A stretch of DNA of 64,000 bases, taken from positions 25,488 to 89,487 of the forward strand of contig JBDHAF010000001.1 in NCBI GenBank assembly GCA_039588255.1, given 5' to 3'. The DNA comes from Gemmatimonadota bacterium. Its GTDB lineage: Bacteria; Gemmatimonadota; Gemmatimonadetes; Gemmatimonadales; GWC2-71-9. Positions 18,101-26,207 of this stretch are shown here, in pieces. A program made the position numbers and the translations under genes. The notes under the pieces are model-generated. The model was not told the DNA's origin. It ran no database searches and saw nothing but the letters and a program-made list of their open reading frames with translations. How positions within the stretch are numbered: position 1 is the stretch's first letter; every line of letters begins with the position of its first letter.

Positions 18101-20197
18101 CACATCTATCTGGCTTACCTCGTCGAAGCCCCGGTGAATCACCCTAACGTTGTCCTCCACCACCCGCTCACCCAGGTGCCCGAACTTCTTTTTGATCTGC
18201 GACCGCACTTCGTCAAAGAGGGTCTTCTCATCGAGGTCCCTCTCCTGCATGAAGGGAGCCGCCTTGAAGAACGCCCCCATGAAAGCCGCACCCTGCATCC
18301 GGTAGCGGAGCTCCGGATCGGAGGCCTCGTGCGACGCGATCTTGAACGCGTCCACCTTGAACACCTTGATGTGCTTCTCGCGAATCGTGCGCTTCGCCGC
18401 AGCCGGAAGGATGCCCCAGAACTCCTCGGGTGTTTGGTCGCTCTGGATGATGAAGACGCCCCCGTCCGAGAATCCCGCCAACGGATTCGAGTGGCGGAAC
18501 ACGTTGGGATCGGGAGACAGCACTGCATCCACGTGGCGCAGCTCGCTGTTGATGCGAATCGGGGCGTTGGCCAGCGTGGCATAGAACGTGGTCGGTTGGC
18601 CCTTCTTCTCCGAACCGTACTTGGGATTGGCCTTGACGTACATGGAGAACAGCTCCGAGACCGTCATGGCCAGGTTCTTACCCATCGTGATGGCTCCCCA
18701 GCCACCGATGGAGTGAACCCGGATCGAGAGCGAGCCCTCGGGCATCAGGTTGATGTCGCCTGCAGAGGGCAAGGCCAGATCCTTGACACCTGGGTAGTCG
18801 GCGAGCAACTCCTCCTGCCAGATCTGGAGCTTGGGGAGATCGGTGTCGGGTCGAATGAAATCGATGCCGAGGTAGAACTGCCGGCGGTTACGCCCGCCTT
18901 CCAGCATGTTGTCCACCGCCGCGATCATGTCCCCGGGTTGGAGATCCCGGCTGCCGAGACCGAAGCACCCGCTGTAGAAGTCCGGCTGGTCGCCGGCGAT
19001 GTACGCCGCGACACCGGGATACGGTGTGGGATCGCTTCCCCGCCCGTTCTCGACGGCCTGCCCCACCGCCGCGCGGATCTCGCGGAGCACCGGTGCATCC
19101 ACCGAGAGGGGCTGATCGGTGCGCTCGAGGACCACCACCTTCTTCCTGCCCTTGAGCAAGCGGGTCACCAGGTCGCTCGGGAACGGCCGGAACATGGTCA
19201 GGTTGAGAACGCCTATCTTGAGCCGGCGCTCGTCACGCAGGTAGTCCACCACCGCCTCCGCGTTGGCCACGACCGAGCCCTGACCGACGATGACATACTC
19301 CGCATCGTCGAGACGATAGCCGATCGCCCGTGCGTACCGTCGACCGGTGAGTTGCGCATACTCTTCGAACGCCTGATCGGCGAGACTCGCCACGTGGTCG
19401 AAGTAAAACGGCCGCTGCGCCGCCACACCCTGCGCGTAGGAGTCCTGGTTCTGCACCACACCGAGCATGGTGGGATAGTCGTAGTCGAACATCTCGGGGA
19501 TGCGACGACGCCGCTCCCCGAACACCATACGCTGAGCCGGCGTGGGGGACTCGATGATATCCGCCGGATCACCGAGATACTCCTTGACCAATTCGCGCTC
19601 CGGCATCTTGAGCGTCTCGATGACGTGGCTCGTGAGGAAGCCATCCTGCGCGCAAACGCCCGGATTGAGTGACAGCTCGGCAACGCGGTGGGCGATGAGG
19701 TTCAGATCCGTGACTTCTTGGACGTCCTTCGCAAAGAGCTCGAAGAATCCCGTGTCGTCGATGCAGTGATAATCGTCGTGACCGGCGTGGACGTTGAGGG
19801 CGTGCTTCGTCATGGCCCGGCAGGCGATGTTGAGCACATACGTGAGACGCTTCCCCACGGCTGCATACAGGGACTCGTGCATGTATGCAACACCCTGACC
19901 GCTGGAGAAGTTGGTCGATCGTAGCCCGACCATGCTCATACCCGCCGTCACCGCCGCTGCGGCGTGCTCGCCTTCCGGTTCGAAGAAGATGAGCTTGCGA
20001 CCGTTGACGTTGTGCCGCCCGGCTGCCACCGCGGCCGCCCACCCCTCACCCATCTGCGTGGACGGAGTAATGGGGTATGCGCCTGCCGCCTCGCTGGCGG
20101 CGGTCTCCATGGCTACAGCCGCACCGCTTCCGTCATCCGCGGCGGGAATCCCCGGATACTTTGGTTGAGCAGACGAGCTTTTCTTTCGGCTCTTCAT
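15161..20197 (-). CDS. Fused (homodimeric-type) pyruvate:ferredoxin/flavodoxin oxidoreductase, ~1680 aa, with extra C-terminal ferredoxin domain
   Basis: YPITPS, FRPFP, GSEKKG, CTGCAQCWTQCP and CKGCNICVDVCP, CMGCGE, GCSSVWG, GGDGAMLDIG..N TPP motif, C-terminal CTSCDEC...CP; ATG 20197 overlaps the rnfB stop. Confidence 0.9.
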   Translation of the reverse strand: MKSRKKSSSAQPKYPGIPAADDGSGAAVAMETAASEAAGAYPITPSTQMGEGWAAAVAAGRHNVNGRKLIFFEPEGEHAAAAVTAGMSMVGLRSTNFSSGQGVAYMHESLYAAVGKRLTYVLNIACRAMTKHALNVHAGHDDYHCIDDTGFFELFAKDVQEVTDLNLIAHRVAELSLNPGVCAQDGFLTSHVIETLKMPERELVKEYLGDPADIIESPTPAQRMVFGERRRRIPEMFDYDYPTMLGVVQNQDSYAQGVAAQRPFYFDHVASLADQAFEEYAQLTGRRYARAIGYRLDDAEYVIVGQGSVVANAEAVVDYLRDERRLKIGVLNLTMFRPFPSDLVTRLLKGRKKVVVLERTDQPLSVDAPVLREIRAAVGQAVENGRGSDPTPYPGVAAYIAGDQPDFYSGCFGLGSRDLQPGDMIAAVDNMLEGGRNRRQFYLGIDFIRPDTDLPKLQIWQEELLADYPGVKDLALPSAGDINLMPEGSLSIRVHSIGGWGAITMGKNLAMTVSELFSMYVKANPKYGSEKKGQPTTFYATLANAPIRINSELRHVDAVLSPDPNVFRHSNPLAGFSDGGVFIIQSDQTPEEFWGILPAAAKRTIREKHIKVFKVDAFKIASHEASDPELRYRMQGAAFMGAFFKAAPFMQERDLDEKTLFDEVRSQIKKKFGHLGERVVEDNVRVIHRGFDEVSQIDVGALPGEGDEVALVPSIPDYLDRPEVQAGIGNPGRFWEQVCYLCKTGQDGIADPFAALSAIPAATSSIRDMTDVRFEIPEFVPEKCTGCAQCWTQCPDSAIPGIVNTVEDVLDAAVATASNNGQTFDRFRQVSKHVAKEARRIMKGVPFTTFADVLSQSYKTVVDKLGMDAERRAAVDAEFAPVYSALADFPLAKTAPFFDLPEGKEKGTGGLLSITVNPETCKGCNICVDVCPDEALITIKQDDDAVEKLRRNWDLWKRLPDTDDRYINIRDMDEGIGVLSSLLLKKENYLSMVGGDGSCMGCGEKTAIHLVISAVNALMLPRAEKYVRRLDGLIAGLDAQARDLLASDADLDDVGSIGDGEVEIPLEGEKKQKVENIAKMIRDLKDLRWRYTEGPSGKGRSTMAFTNATGCSSVWGSTYPYNPYPFPWTNHLFQDAPSIAIGIFEGHMRKMGDGFIAVRRAELQLKNEYDAAVHEPVFSKFDWRQFDDDEFAMCPPLFAVGGDGAMLDIGFQNVSRLMASGKPIRVIVLDTQVYSNTGGQACTSGFTGQVSDMAAFGKDQHGKEEVRKEMALIAMAHRGAYVLQSSQASASHLLGGVLKGLQVRRPAIFVLHCPCPPEHGIADQSAMKAAKAALESRSFPMLVFDPDAGSTLEECLNLDGNPSPEDTWPEYELKYVDESGEEQTMSLPYTTADWTATESRFKKHFKRAPADVDEDTLTPFHEYVELSAQDREGQTPFIYTYTDDLRLGRLLVADEIVELAEERLAFWSLLKQMAGLEVGADARGVVEADLEEEFARKAEAIRAEYETKLAELKAGYPPVIARRLAEGLIRSGNGSRTIDDLLSEVSAMPGLSAPPVTLPGIDLGGAPGAAPAAPAEAPAAAAVATAVEVEEEDEALGMDPYIESARCTSCDECTNMNKKMFAYDDKKLAYIKDSKAGTFRQLVMAAEKCPVAIIHPGTPLNPKEKDLDKWKKRAEPFS

Positions 20198-21045
20198 GAC
20201 ACTGCGCTCCTCACAAGGTCGGGCGTAGATTCGAATTGTGCTCCCTCGCACCAGACAATCGCGCCCGTTGGACACCGGGCAATCGCCTCGGGTCCGGCCA
20301 AATCGTTCTTACTGTAGTCGACAACGGCGAGTCCGCTCACCATCTCGACCACGCCAGGGGTTGCATCCAGGGCGCACCGCCCGCAGGCATTGCAGGCAAC
20401 GCTGCACAGCGCCTCTGCCTCATCCCCTTCAAGCAGGCTCTTGCACTGAACCAGCAGCTTGTGGTCCATTGGCATGAGGGCGAACAGATCCTTCGGACAT
20501 ACTTCTACACAGTCATTGCAAGCGGTACAGCGCTCCGGAATCACCACCGGGATGTCGTACTCATTCATGTAGATGGCGTGCTGGTCGCACACGTCGCGAC
20601 AATCCGACAGCCCGATGCACCCCCAGATGCATCCCTTTCCTCCGCCCGCCACCGCGGCGGCAGCCCCACATGTCTGCAACCCCCGGTAATCCGCCTGCTG
20701 CACCGCCACATCACAGCCACCGGCACAGAGCAACCGTGCCACCCGTTGCGTTGCCTCTCCGGCATCCACGCCCAAGTAGTCGGCCACGTCGGCGATGTCG
20801 TCCGGACCCATCACCGTGCAGGTCGCCGGTTGCACCTCGGCTCCGACCAACCCCTCGCCAAAGGCACGGCAGCCGGCGAAGCCACATGCGCCGCAATTGG
20901 TTCCAGGGAGAAGTTCGGTGACCGCGTCGATCCGCGGATCTTCCCAGACGAAGAGCTTACGGTTGGCGAGGGCGATGAGGATGCCGAACGTCAAACCGAC
21001 GCCGCCGAGTATGAGGGCCGAGTTTAGCACCGCTGCGAGGCTCAT
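20194..21045 (-). CDS. rnfB: Rnf subunit B (polyferredoxin)
   Basis: N-terminal TM, EDPRI, LPGTNCGACGFAGC, multiple CxxCxxC motifs. Confidence 0.9.
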   Translation of the reverse strand: MSLAAVLNSALILGGVGLTFGILIALANRKLFVWEDPRIDAVTELLPGTNCGACGFAGCRAFGEGLVGAEVQPATCTVMGPDDIADVADYLGVDAGEATQRVARLLCAGGCDVAVQQADYRGLQTCGAAAAVAGGGKGCIWGCIGLSDCRDVCDQHAIYMNEYDIPVVIPERCTACNDCVEVCPKDLFALMPMDHKLLVQCKSLLEGDEAEALCSVACNACGRCALDATPGVVEMVSGLAVVDYSKNDLAGPEAIARCPTGAIVWCEGAQFESTPDLVRSAVS

Positions 21046-21056
21046 CGGTTCGGCCG

Positions 21057-22064
21057 CTACCCAACGTCGCTCAGGTCCGCCTGCTGGAGGAGCCACGCGG
21101 CGAGCTTGTCGACCGGCTCCACGCGACCGGCGGGCGGACCCGCACCGGTTGCATCCCCCCCCGCGGAGACCGCCAACCCCGCACCGTCACACAACGCCTT
21201 CAGTTGCCGCAACTCCTCGCCCTGCTGGGCCGCGCTGATGCCCCCAAGCGGCCTGCTCGGGCCGGATTCGGGCAGGAACTCGACAGCCATACGGTCCGAC
21301 CCCGCGGTGGGGTCGTGCACGAACTGGGCGGCGGATTCCGGCACCACCGCCGCGATACCCGCACCCTTCCATTCGGCGAACCGCTCGAGAGTGGAACCGT
21401 CGGTGGTTTGAACGACGAACGTGTTCGGCGTAATGAGGCGGGCCAGCGGCGCCGGCGGCGACGCTCCCCGCACAATCAAGACGATCTTTTGCGCTCCGTC
21501 CAGGAACTCTGCCAGGGCGACGGCATTGAGGTCCTTGCCGTCCACCACCACGATCAGCGGCGGCGCCAGGCGACGCTCTCTGGTGTTCCACTCAGCGAAG
21601 GGGAACGAGCTGACGAGCTTGGCGTGTTCCTCAAATTGATACCGATCGGTTCGCGATAACTCCACAACCCTCGCCGCCCCAAAGGCCGTCCCGAGATGCT
21701 CCAGTGCCTTCGCCACGCTGTCGCGAAGGTTGCCTGCCTCGTCGATATTGACCACAAAGAGGTTGTCACCCTGCGCGATCAGCGTGGACATCGTCTCGTA
21801 TGCCCGGTCGATACGCTGGGCTTTGACGGAGTTCAGGGAATTCTCCGTAGTGAACAGCTTCGAGAAGCGATCGATGTCGATCCGATCACTGGCGAACGGG
21901 CCGAGCTCCGTGACGAATCGCTCCGATTGGCCGTTGTTGTTCGAGCCCCCTGCGGCCAGAATCCCACGAATCTGCTCGAGCGTGGTGGCCAACGCCGATT
22001 TGAACGCTGACATCGGTCCCGCAAGGGACTTTATGGCCGAGTCGACTCTCTCTTCAGACGGCAT
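21057..22064 (-). CDS. Hypothetical soluble protein in the oxidoreductase/Rnf operon
   Basis: ~335 aa ORF filling the gap; ATG overlaps the korB stop by 11 nt; no recognisable cofactor motif. Confidence 0.75.
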   Translation of the reverse strand: MPSEERVDSAIKSLAGPMSAFKSALATTLEQIRGILAAGGSNNNGQSERFVTELGPFASDRIDIDRFSKLFTTENSLNSVKAQRIDRAYETMSTLIAQGDNLFVVNIDEAGNLRDSVAKALEHLGTAFGAARVVELSRTDRYQFEEHAKLVSSFPFAEWNTRERRLAPPLIVVVDGKDLNAVALAEFLDGAQKIVLIVRGASPPAPLARLITPNTFVVQTTDGSTLERFAEWKGAGIAAVVPESAAQFVHDPTAGSDRMAVEFLPESGPSRPLGGISAAQQGEELRQLKALCDGAGLAVSAGGDATGAGPPAGRVEPVDKLAAWLLQQADLSDVG

Positions 22065-23007
22065 AACGGTCGAGTTCACTGTTCAACAGTTCTATCTTTT
22101 GCTCCGCCGTGTACGCGGGTTGCTCGCGGACCTCGTTGTAGCACGGCAGATCTTGGTTTTGGTAGAACAAGCCCAGGCGCATCCTGTCGCCCGGCTCAGT
22201 GAGCCGCCGGGCCCCGTGGAGATCCGACGGGTCGTGGCGGGTTTGATGCTTGTAGATGGGATCGAGATCGGGGACCATAATCCCGTCCTCATGCACTATG
22301 AGTTCGGTCAGGTCGGGGTTCTTGATGGCCGCGTCGAATAGGGTGCCTGTGTACTGCGGGCATCGCTGCAGAATGCGGACGAACGAAAACCCCTTGTGGT
22401 GGTACGCGGCCTCGAGGGTCGCAGAGACGTGTGCCGGAATCCAATCCGCCGTCTGCGCCACGAAAGACGCGTTGGTCACTCCCAGCGTTGCCGCGATGGG
22501 ATCCAGCCCGGGAAGGTAGCTGCCCCTCGGTTGCGTGTTCGACGGAAATCCGAGACGAGTCGTGGGAGACGTCTGGTTCTTCGTCAGCCCGTAGACCTCG
22601 TTATCCAGCAGCAACGCGACCATGTCGGTGTTGTAGCGTGTGGCGTGAATCCAATGGCCTGCGCCGATGGAGCAGCAGTCCCCGTCGCCCATCACCGCAA
22701 AGACACTCAAGTCGGGCCGGCGCAGCTTGACCCCGGTCGCCAGTGGCAACGCGCGACCATGGAGACCGTGGAATCCGTACGTGGTCAGGTAGTGGGGGAA
22801 ACGGCTGGAGCACCCGATGCCGGAAACAAACACCGTCATTTCAGGCCGCAGCTGCTCCTTCTCAAGCAGACGCTCCACCGCCGTGAGAATCGCGTGGTCG
22901 CCGCAACCGGGGCACCACCGGACGATCTGGTCCTCGTAATCGGCCATCTCGAAGACCCGGTCGTCATCCCAGCCGCATCCCAAGAGGGAGCAAGATTGCT
23001 GGATCAT
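22054..23007 (-). CDS. korB: 2-oxoacid:ferredoxin oxidoreductase beta subunit (TPP-binding)
   Basis: WCPGCGD, SGIGCSSR, HGRALP, GDGD, DNEVYGLTKNQTSPT. Confidence 0.9.
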   Translation of the reverse strand: MIQQSCSLLGCGWDDDRVFEMADYEDQIVRWCPGCGDHAILTAVERLLEKEQLRPEMTVFVSGIGCSSRFPHYLTTYGFHGLHGRALPLATGVKLRRPDLSVFAVMGDGDCCSIGAGHWIHATRYNTDMVALLLDNEVYGLTKNQTSPTTRLGFPSNTQPRGSYLPGLDPIAATLGVTNASFVAQTADWIPAHVSATLEAAYHHKGFSFVRILQRCPQYTGTLFDAAIKNPDLTELIVHEDGIMVPDLDPIYKHQTRHDPSDLHGARRLTEPGDRMRLGLFYQNQDLPCYNEVREQPAYTAEQKIELLNSELDRYAV

Positions 23008-24920
23008 ACTTTCGCTCCCTTCGAAAGCCGGCTGTGTAATACGTCGAGGATCTTGCCGGGCATTAGCGGTTGACCGGGGACCCGGGTCCAGCAGTCAACA
23101 TCGGTGAGGGTGTGCGCTCGGAGGAGCCAGCACAGCTGTCCAAGTCTCCGGTTCTCCTCCGTGATATAGGGGTCACCGATGTCGTCGCTGTAGTTGATCT
23201 CTACCGTCATCACCTTCTTGAAACGCCGGAAAATCTGCTTCAGTCCGGGCTCCATGGGAGACAGGAAGGTCAGATGGAGCGATGAGACGGAGAGTCCCTC
23301 CTCCCGACCCCGATCCACCGCCTCCTCGATGGCACCTTTGGTGCTGCCCCAGCCGACGACGAGCAAATCCCCCGATTCCGGACCGTGCACCGTAGGCGGT
23401 TTGAGCGTCTGCTGGAAGACCGCCATCTTGCGGCTCCGCATGGCGGCCCCGCGCTCGTTCGCGGCGGGGTCGTACGCCACATGGCTCTCCTCGTCGTGGG
23501 CCAGTCCGGTCGCGGTGTGCTCTCCGCCGGGTTGTCCCGGGACGAACCGCCGCGATAGACCGAGATCCGGGTCCCACTCGTAGGGTCGCATACCTTCGGG
23601 CACCGGATCCATCGACGGGAGGGTGCCGTGCCACTCTGCGTCGAGCTCGGGTCTGGGGAACGGCTGCACGCCAGTGGCGAGGTTCGCGTCCGTCAACGCG
23701 ATCACCACACAGCGGAACGCCTCGGCGATGCGACGGGCCGTGATCATGCAGTGGAAACACTCCTCGATGGTGGCCGGCGCCATCACTACGTGTGGCGCGT
23801 CACCCGGCTGGCCGAAGATCGATGCCAGGAGGTCCGCCTGCTCGACCTTCGTGGGAAGTCCCGTGCTGGGACCCCCTCGCTGCACGTCCACCACCACCAG
23901 CGGCACCTCGGTCATGATCGCCAGGCCGATGAACTCCGTCTTGAGCGCGAGACCAGGTCCGGATGTAATCGTGAACGCCGTCTTCCCGGCGTACGAAGCG
24001 CCGATCGCCACCCCGGCAGCGGCGATCTCGTCTTCGGCCTGGTGCACGATGCCGCCGAAGGTCTCGAAGACCTCGCCCAGGTGGTGTGAGGCCGAGGTTG
24101 CCGGGGTGATGGGGTACATGGCACACAGTTCCATGCCGGCCGCCACGCCGCCCAGTGCAATGGCTTGGTTGCCGTTCATCACGACCATCGGCTTCTTGCT
24201 GGGCGTGGAGGGAACGTCGAACCGGAAATCGAGGTTCTCCTCCGCCCACTTGGCACCCAGCTCGAGCAACTGGATGTTGCGCTCGGATACCTCTGAGGAC
24301 TTCCTACGGAAAATGTGCCTGATCTCGTCGCGGACCTTGTCGATGTCGCGGTTGTACACACAGGCCAGGAGCCCCAGCGCAAACATGTTCTTGCCCCGTC
24401 GCGTGTCGTCCACGACGGTGAGGCACTGCTCCTCCATTGGAACGGGAACGATCCGGTAAGACCGGTGTGAGAGCTCCTCCATCGCCGCATCCCATTCGGC
24501 AACGATCTGCTCGTCGTCGTGGTGGGACCAGTAGTCTTCGATCAGGATGGTCGCGTCCTCGGCGAGGGCGCCCAACCGGTGCCGCGCGAGCAGCACCTGC
24601 TCGTTGAAGGCCACGACCACGTTCGATTCGTCACCCCAGTTGGTGATAGGATTGGTCCCAATGCGGATGCGATTGCCGCTGGCGCTAGTCGGGGTGCGGG
24701 GCGGGGGTTGGATCTCCGCGGGAATGATCTCGACGGTCCAAACACCGTTGCCCATCTTCGCCGATACCGATCCGAAGAGCTGGCCACACTTCTGCGCCCC
24801 CTCGCCGGAGTCGGACACGATCTCAACCGTGTGCTCGGAAAGGTTGATCACTTTTGGTATATCATCTGCCCCCGCGTCCTCCGAGGGGATGACAGCGGAA
24901 GCCTCCTGGTAGGCGCTCAT
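23004..24920 (-). CDS. korA: 2-oxoacid:ferredoxin oxidoreductase alpha(-gamma) subunit
   Basis: DSGEG gamma-like N-terminus, MNGNQA, YPITPAT, QAEDEI, TSGPG, QRGGPSTGLPTK. Confidence 0.9.
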   Translation of the reverse strand: MSAYQEASAVIPSEDAGADDIPKVINLSEHTVEIVSDSGEGAQKCGQLFGSVSAKMGNGVWTVEIIPAEIQPPPRTPTSASGNRIRIGTNPITNWGDESNVVVAFNEQVLLARHRLGALAEDATILIEDYWSHHDDEQIVAEWDAAMEELSHRSYRIVPVPMEEQCLTVVDDTRRGKNMFALGLLACVYNRDIDKVRDEIRHIFRRKSSEVSERNIQLLELGAKWAEENLDFRFDVPSTPSKKPMVVMNGNQAIALGGVAAGMELCAMYPITPATSASHHLGEVFETFGGIVHQAEDEIAAAGVAIGASYAGKTAFTITSGPGLALKTEFIGLAIMTEVPLVVVDVQRGGPSTGLPTKVEQADLLASIFGQPGDAPHVVMAPATIEECFHCMITARRIAEAFRCVVIALTDANLATGVQPFPRPELDAEWHGTLPSMDPVPEGMRPYEWDPDLGLSRRFVPGQPGGEHTATGLAHDEESHVAYDPAANERGAAMRSRKMAVFQQTLKPPTVHGPESGDLLVVGWGSTKGAIEEAVDRGREEGLSVSSLHLTFLSPMEPGLKQIFRRFKKVMTVEINYSDDIGDPYITEENRRLGQLCWLLRAHTLTDVDCWTRVPGQPLMPGKILDVLHSRLSKGAKV

Positions 24921-25040
24921 TGTGGACGCGCGGTTGGAGACACGATCTGGCTCCCTGTTTGGGCTGCGCAAACACGGTTGGCGCGGACCAACCACAGGCA
25001 AGAATATCGCCAGTGGATGTTATGGGAAAATGGAAATCTG

Positions 25041-25060
25041 TTTATAGAAATCTTCATAAA
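25041..25060. promoter_or_regulatory. AT-rich imperfect palindrome, candidate operator (Rex-like) in the korA/glpX divergent promoter region
   Basis: TTTATAGAAATCTTCATAAA in GC-rich DNA; partial match to TTGTGAA-N4-TTCACAA. Confidence 0.35.
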
Positions 25061-25168
25061 TCGCCAAATGCCACATTTCCCGGACGGTTTGGCGGTCCGG
25101 GGAGCCCAATCCCCGTCCCGGGGCTATAATTGGCCCCTTCATCACCCAAAGCACCGTCCTGGACCACA

Positions 25169-26161
25169 ATGCCCAAAGAGCCAGATCAGAACATCGGATT
25201 GGAGTTGGTCCGAACCACCGAGGCCGCCGCCCTGGCGGCAGCCCAGTGGATCGGCCGGGGAAACAAGGAGGCCGGAGACCAGGCAGCGGTGGACGCCATG
25301 CGCACCCTGATGAGCGCCGTCGACATGGACGGGCGGATCGTCATTGGCGAGGGGGAGAAAGACCACGCACCCATGCTGTACGTGGGGGAGAGGGTTGGTT
25401 CCGGTACCGGGCCGGAGACCGACGTGGCGGTCGATCCCGTGGAGGGCACGAACCTGCTGGCCAAGGGCCTCCCCAACTCCATTGCCGTGGCGGGGCTCAG
25501 CCCCCGAGGAGCCATGGCCGATCTCGGCTCTTCCTTCTACATGGATAAGATCACCGTGGGACCGGAGGCCGCCGGACGGGTCGACCTCTGGGCACCCATC
25601 CCGGAGATCCTCAGGATCGTCGCCAACCACAAGGGCATACGGCTCGAGGAGTTGACGGTGGTCGTGCTCGACCGGCCGCGGAATGCCGACAAGATCGCCG
25701 CGGCGCGAGACGTGGGAGCTCGGGTCCGACTGATCTCCGACGGCGACGTGGCACCCTCGATCATGACGGCGCTGCCGGGAACCGGGGTCGACATTGTGAT
25801 GGGAATCGGCGGAACGCCGGAGGGCGTCATCACCGCCTGCGCGATGCACGGCTTGGGCGGCGAGATCCAAGGGCGCCTGTCACCGCAGTCCGACGAGGAG
25901 CGGGTCAGGATCGAAGCGGACGGCCTCGACCTCGACCGCACATACACGCGGCGCGACCTCGTGGACGCCGATGATGTTTTTTTTGCCGCGACAGGAATCA
26001 CGCAGGGCGACTTCCTCCGTGGCGTTAAGTACTCCAAAGAGGGCGCCTCGACCTGTTCCCTCGTCACCCGGTCACGCTCCGGAACATGGCGCGTGATCGA
26101 GTCACACCACCGTTGGAAGAAACTCGAACCGATCAGCGCGGTGCCGTACCGCGAGTCATGA
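25169..26161 (+). CDS. glpX: Class II fructose-1,6-bisphosphatase
   Basis: TEAAALAA, IGEGEKDHAPML, VDPVEGT, LDRPR, DGDV, GGTPEGV, AATGITQG. Confidence 0.95.
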   Translation: MPKEPDQNIGLELVRTTEAAALAAAQWIGRGNKEAGDQAAVDAMRTLMSAVDMDGRIVIGEGEKDHAPMLYVGERVGSGTGPETDVAVDPVEGTNLLAKGLPNSIAVAGLSPRGAMADLGSSFYMDKITVGPEAAGRVDLWAPIPEILRIVANHKGIRLEELTVVVLDRPRNADKIAAARDVGARVRLISDGDVAPSIMTALPGTGVDIVMGIGGTPEGVITACAMHGLGGEIQGRLSPQSDEERVRIEADGLDLDRTYTRRDLVDADDVFFAATGITQGDFLRGVKYSKEGASTCSLVTRSRSGTWRVIESHHRWKKLEPISAVPYRES

Positions 26162-26207
26162 AGACTACCGTTCACCATCAATCAAACATCACGAACAGGA
26201 GCGTTTA

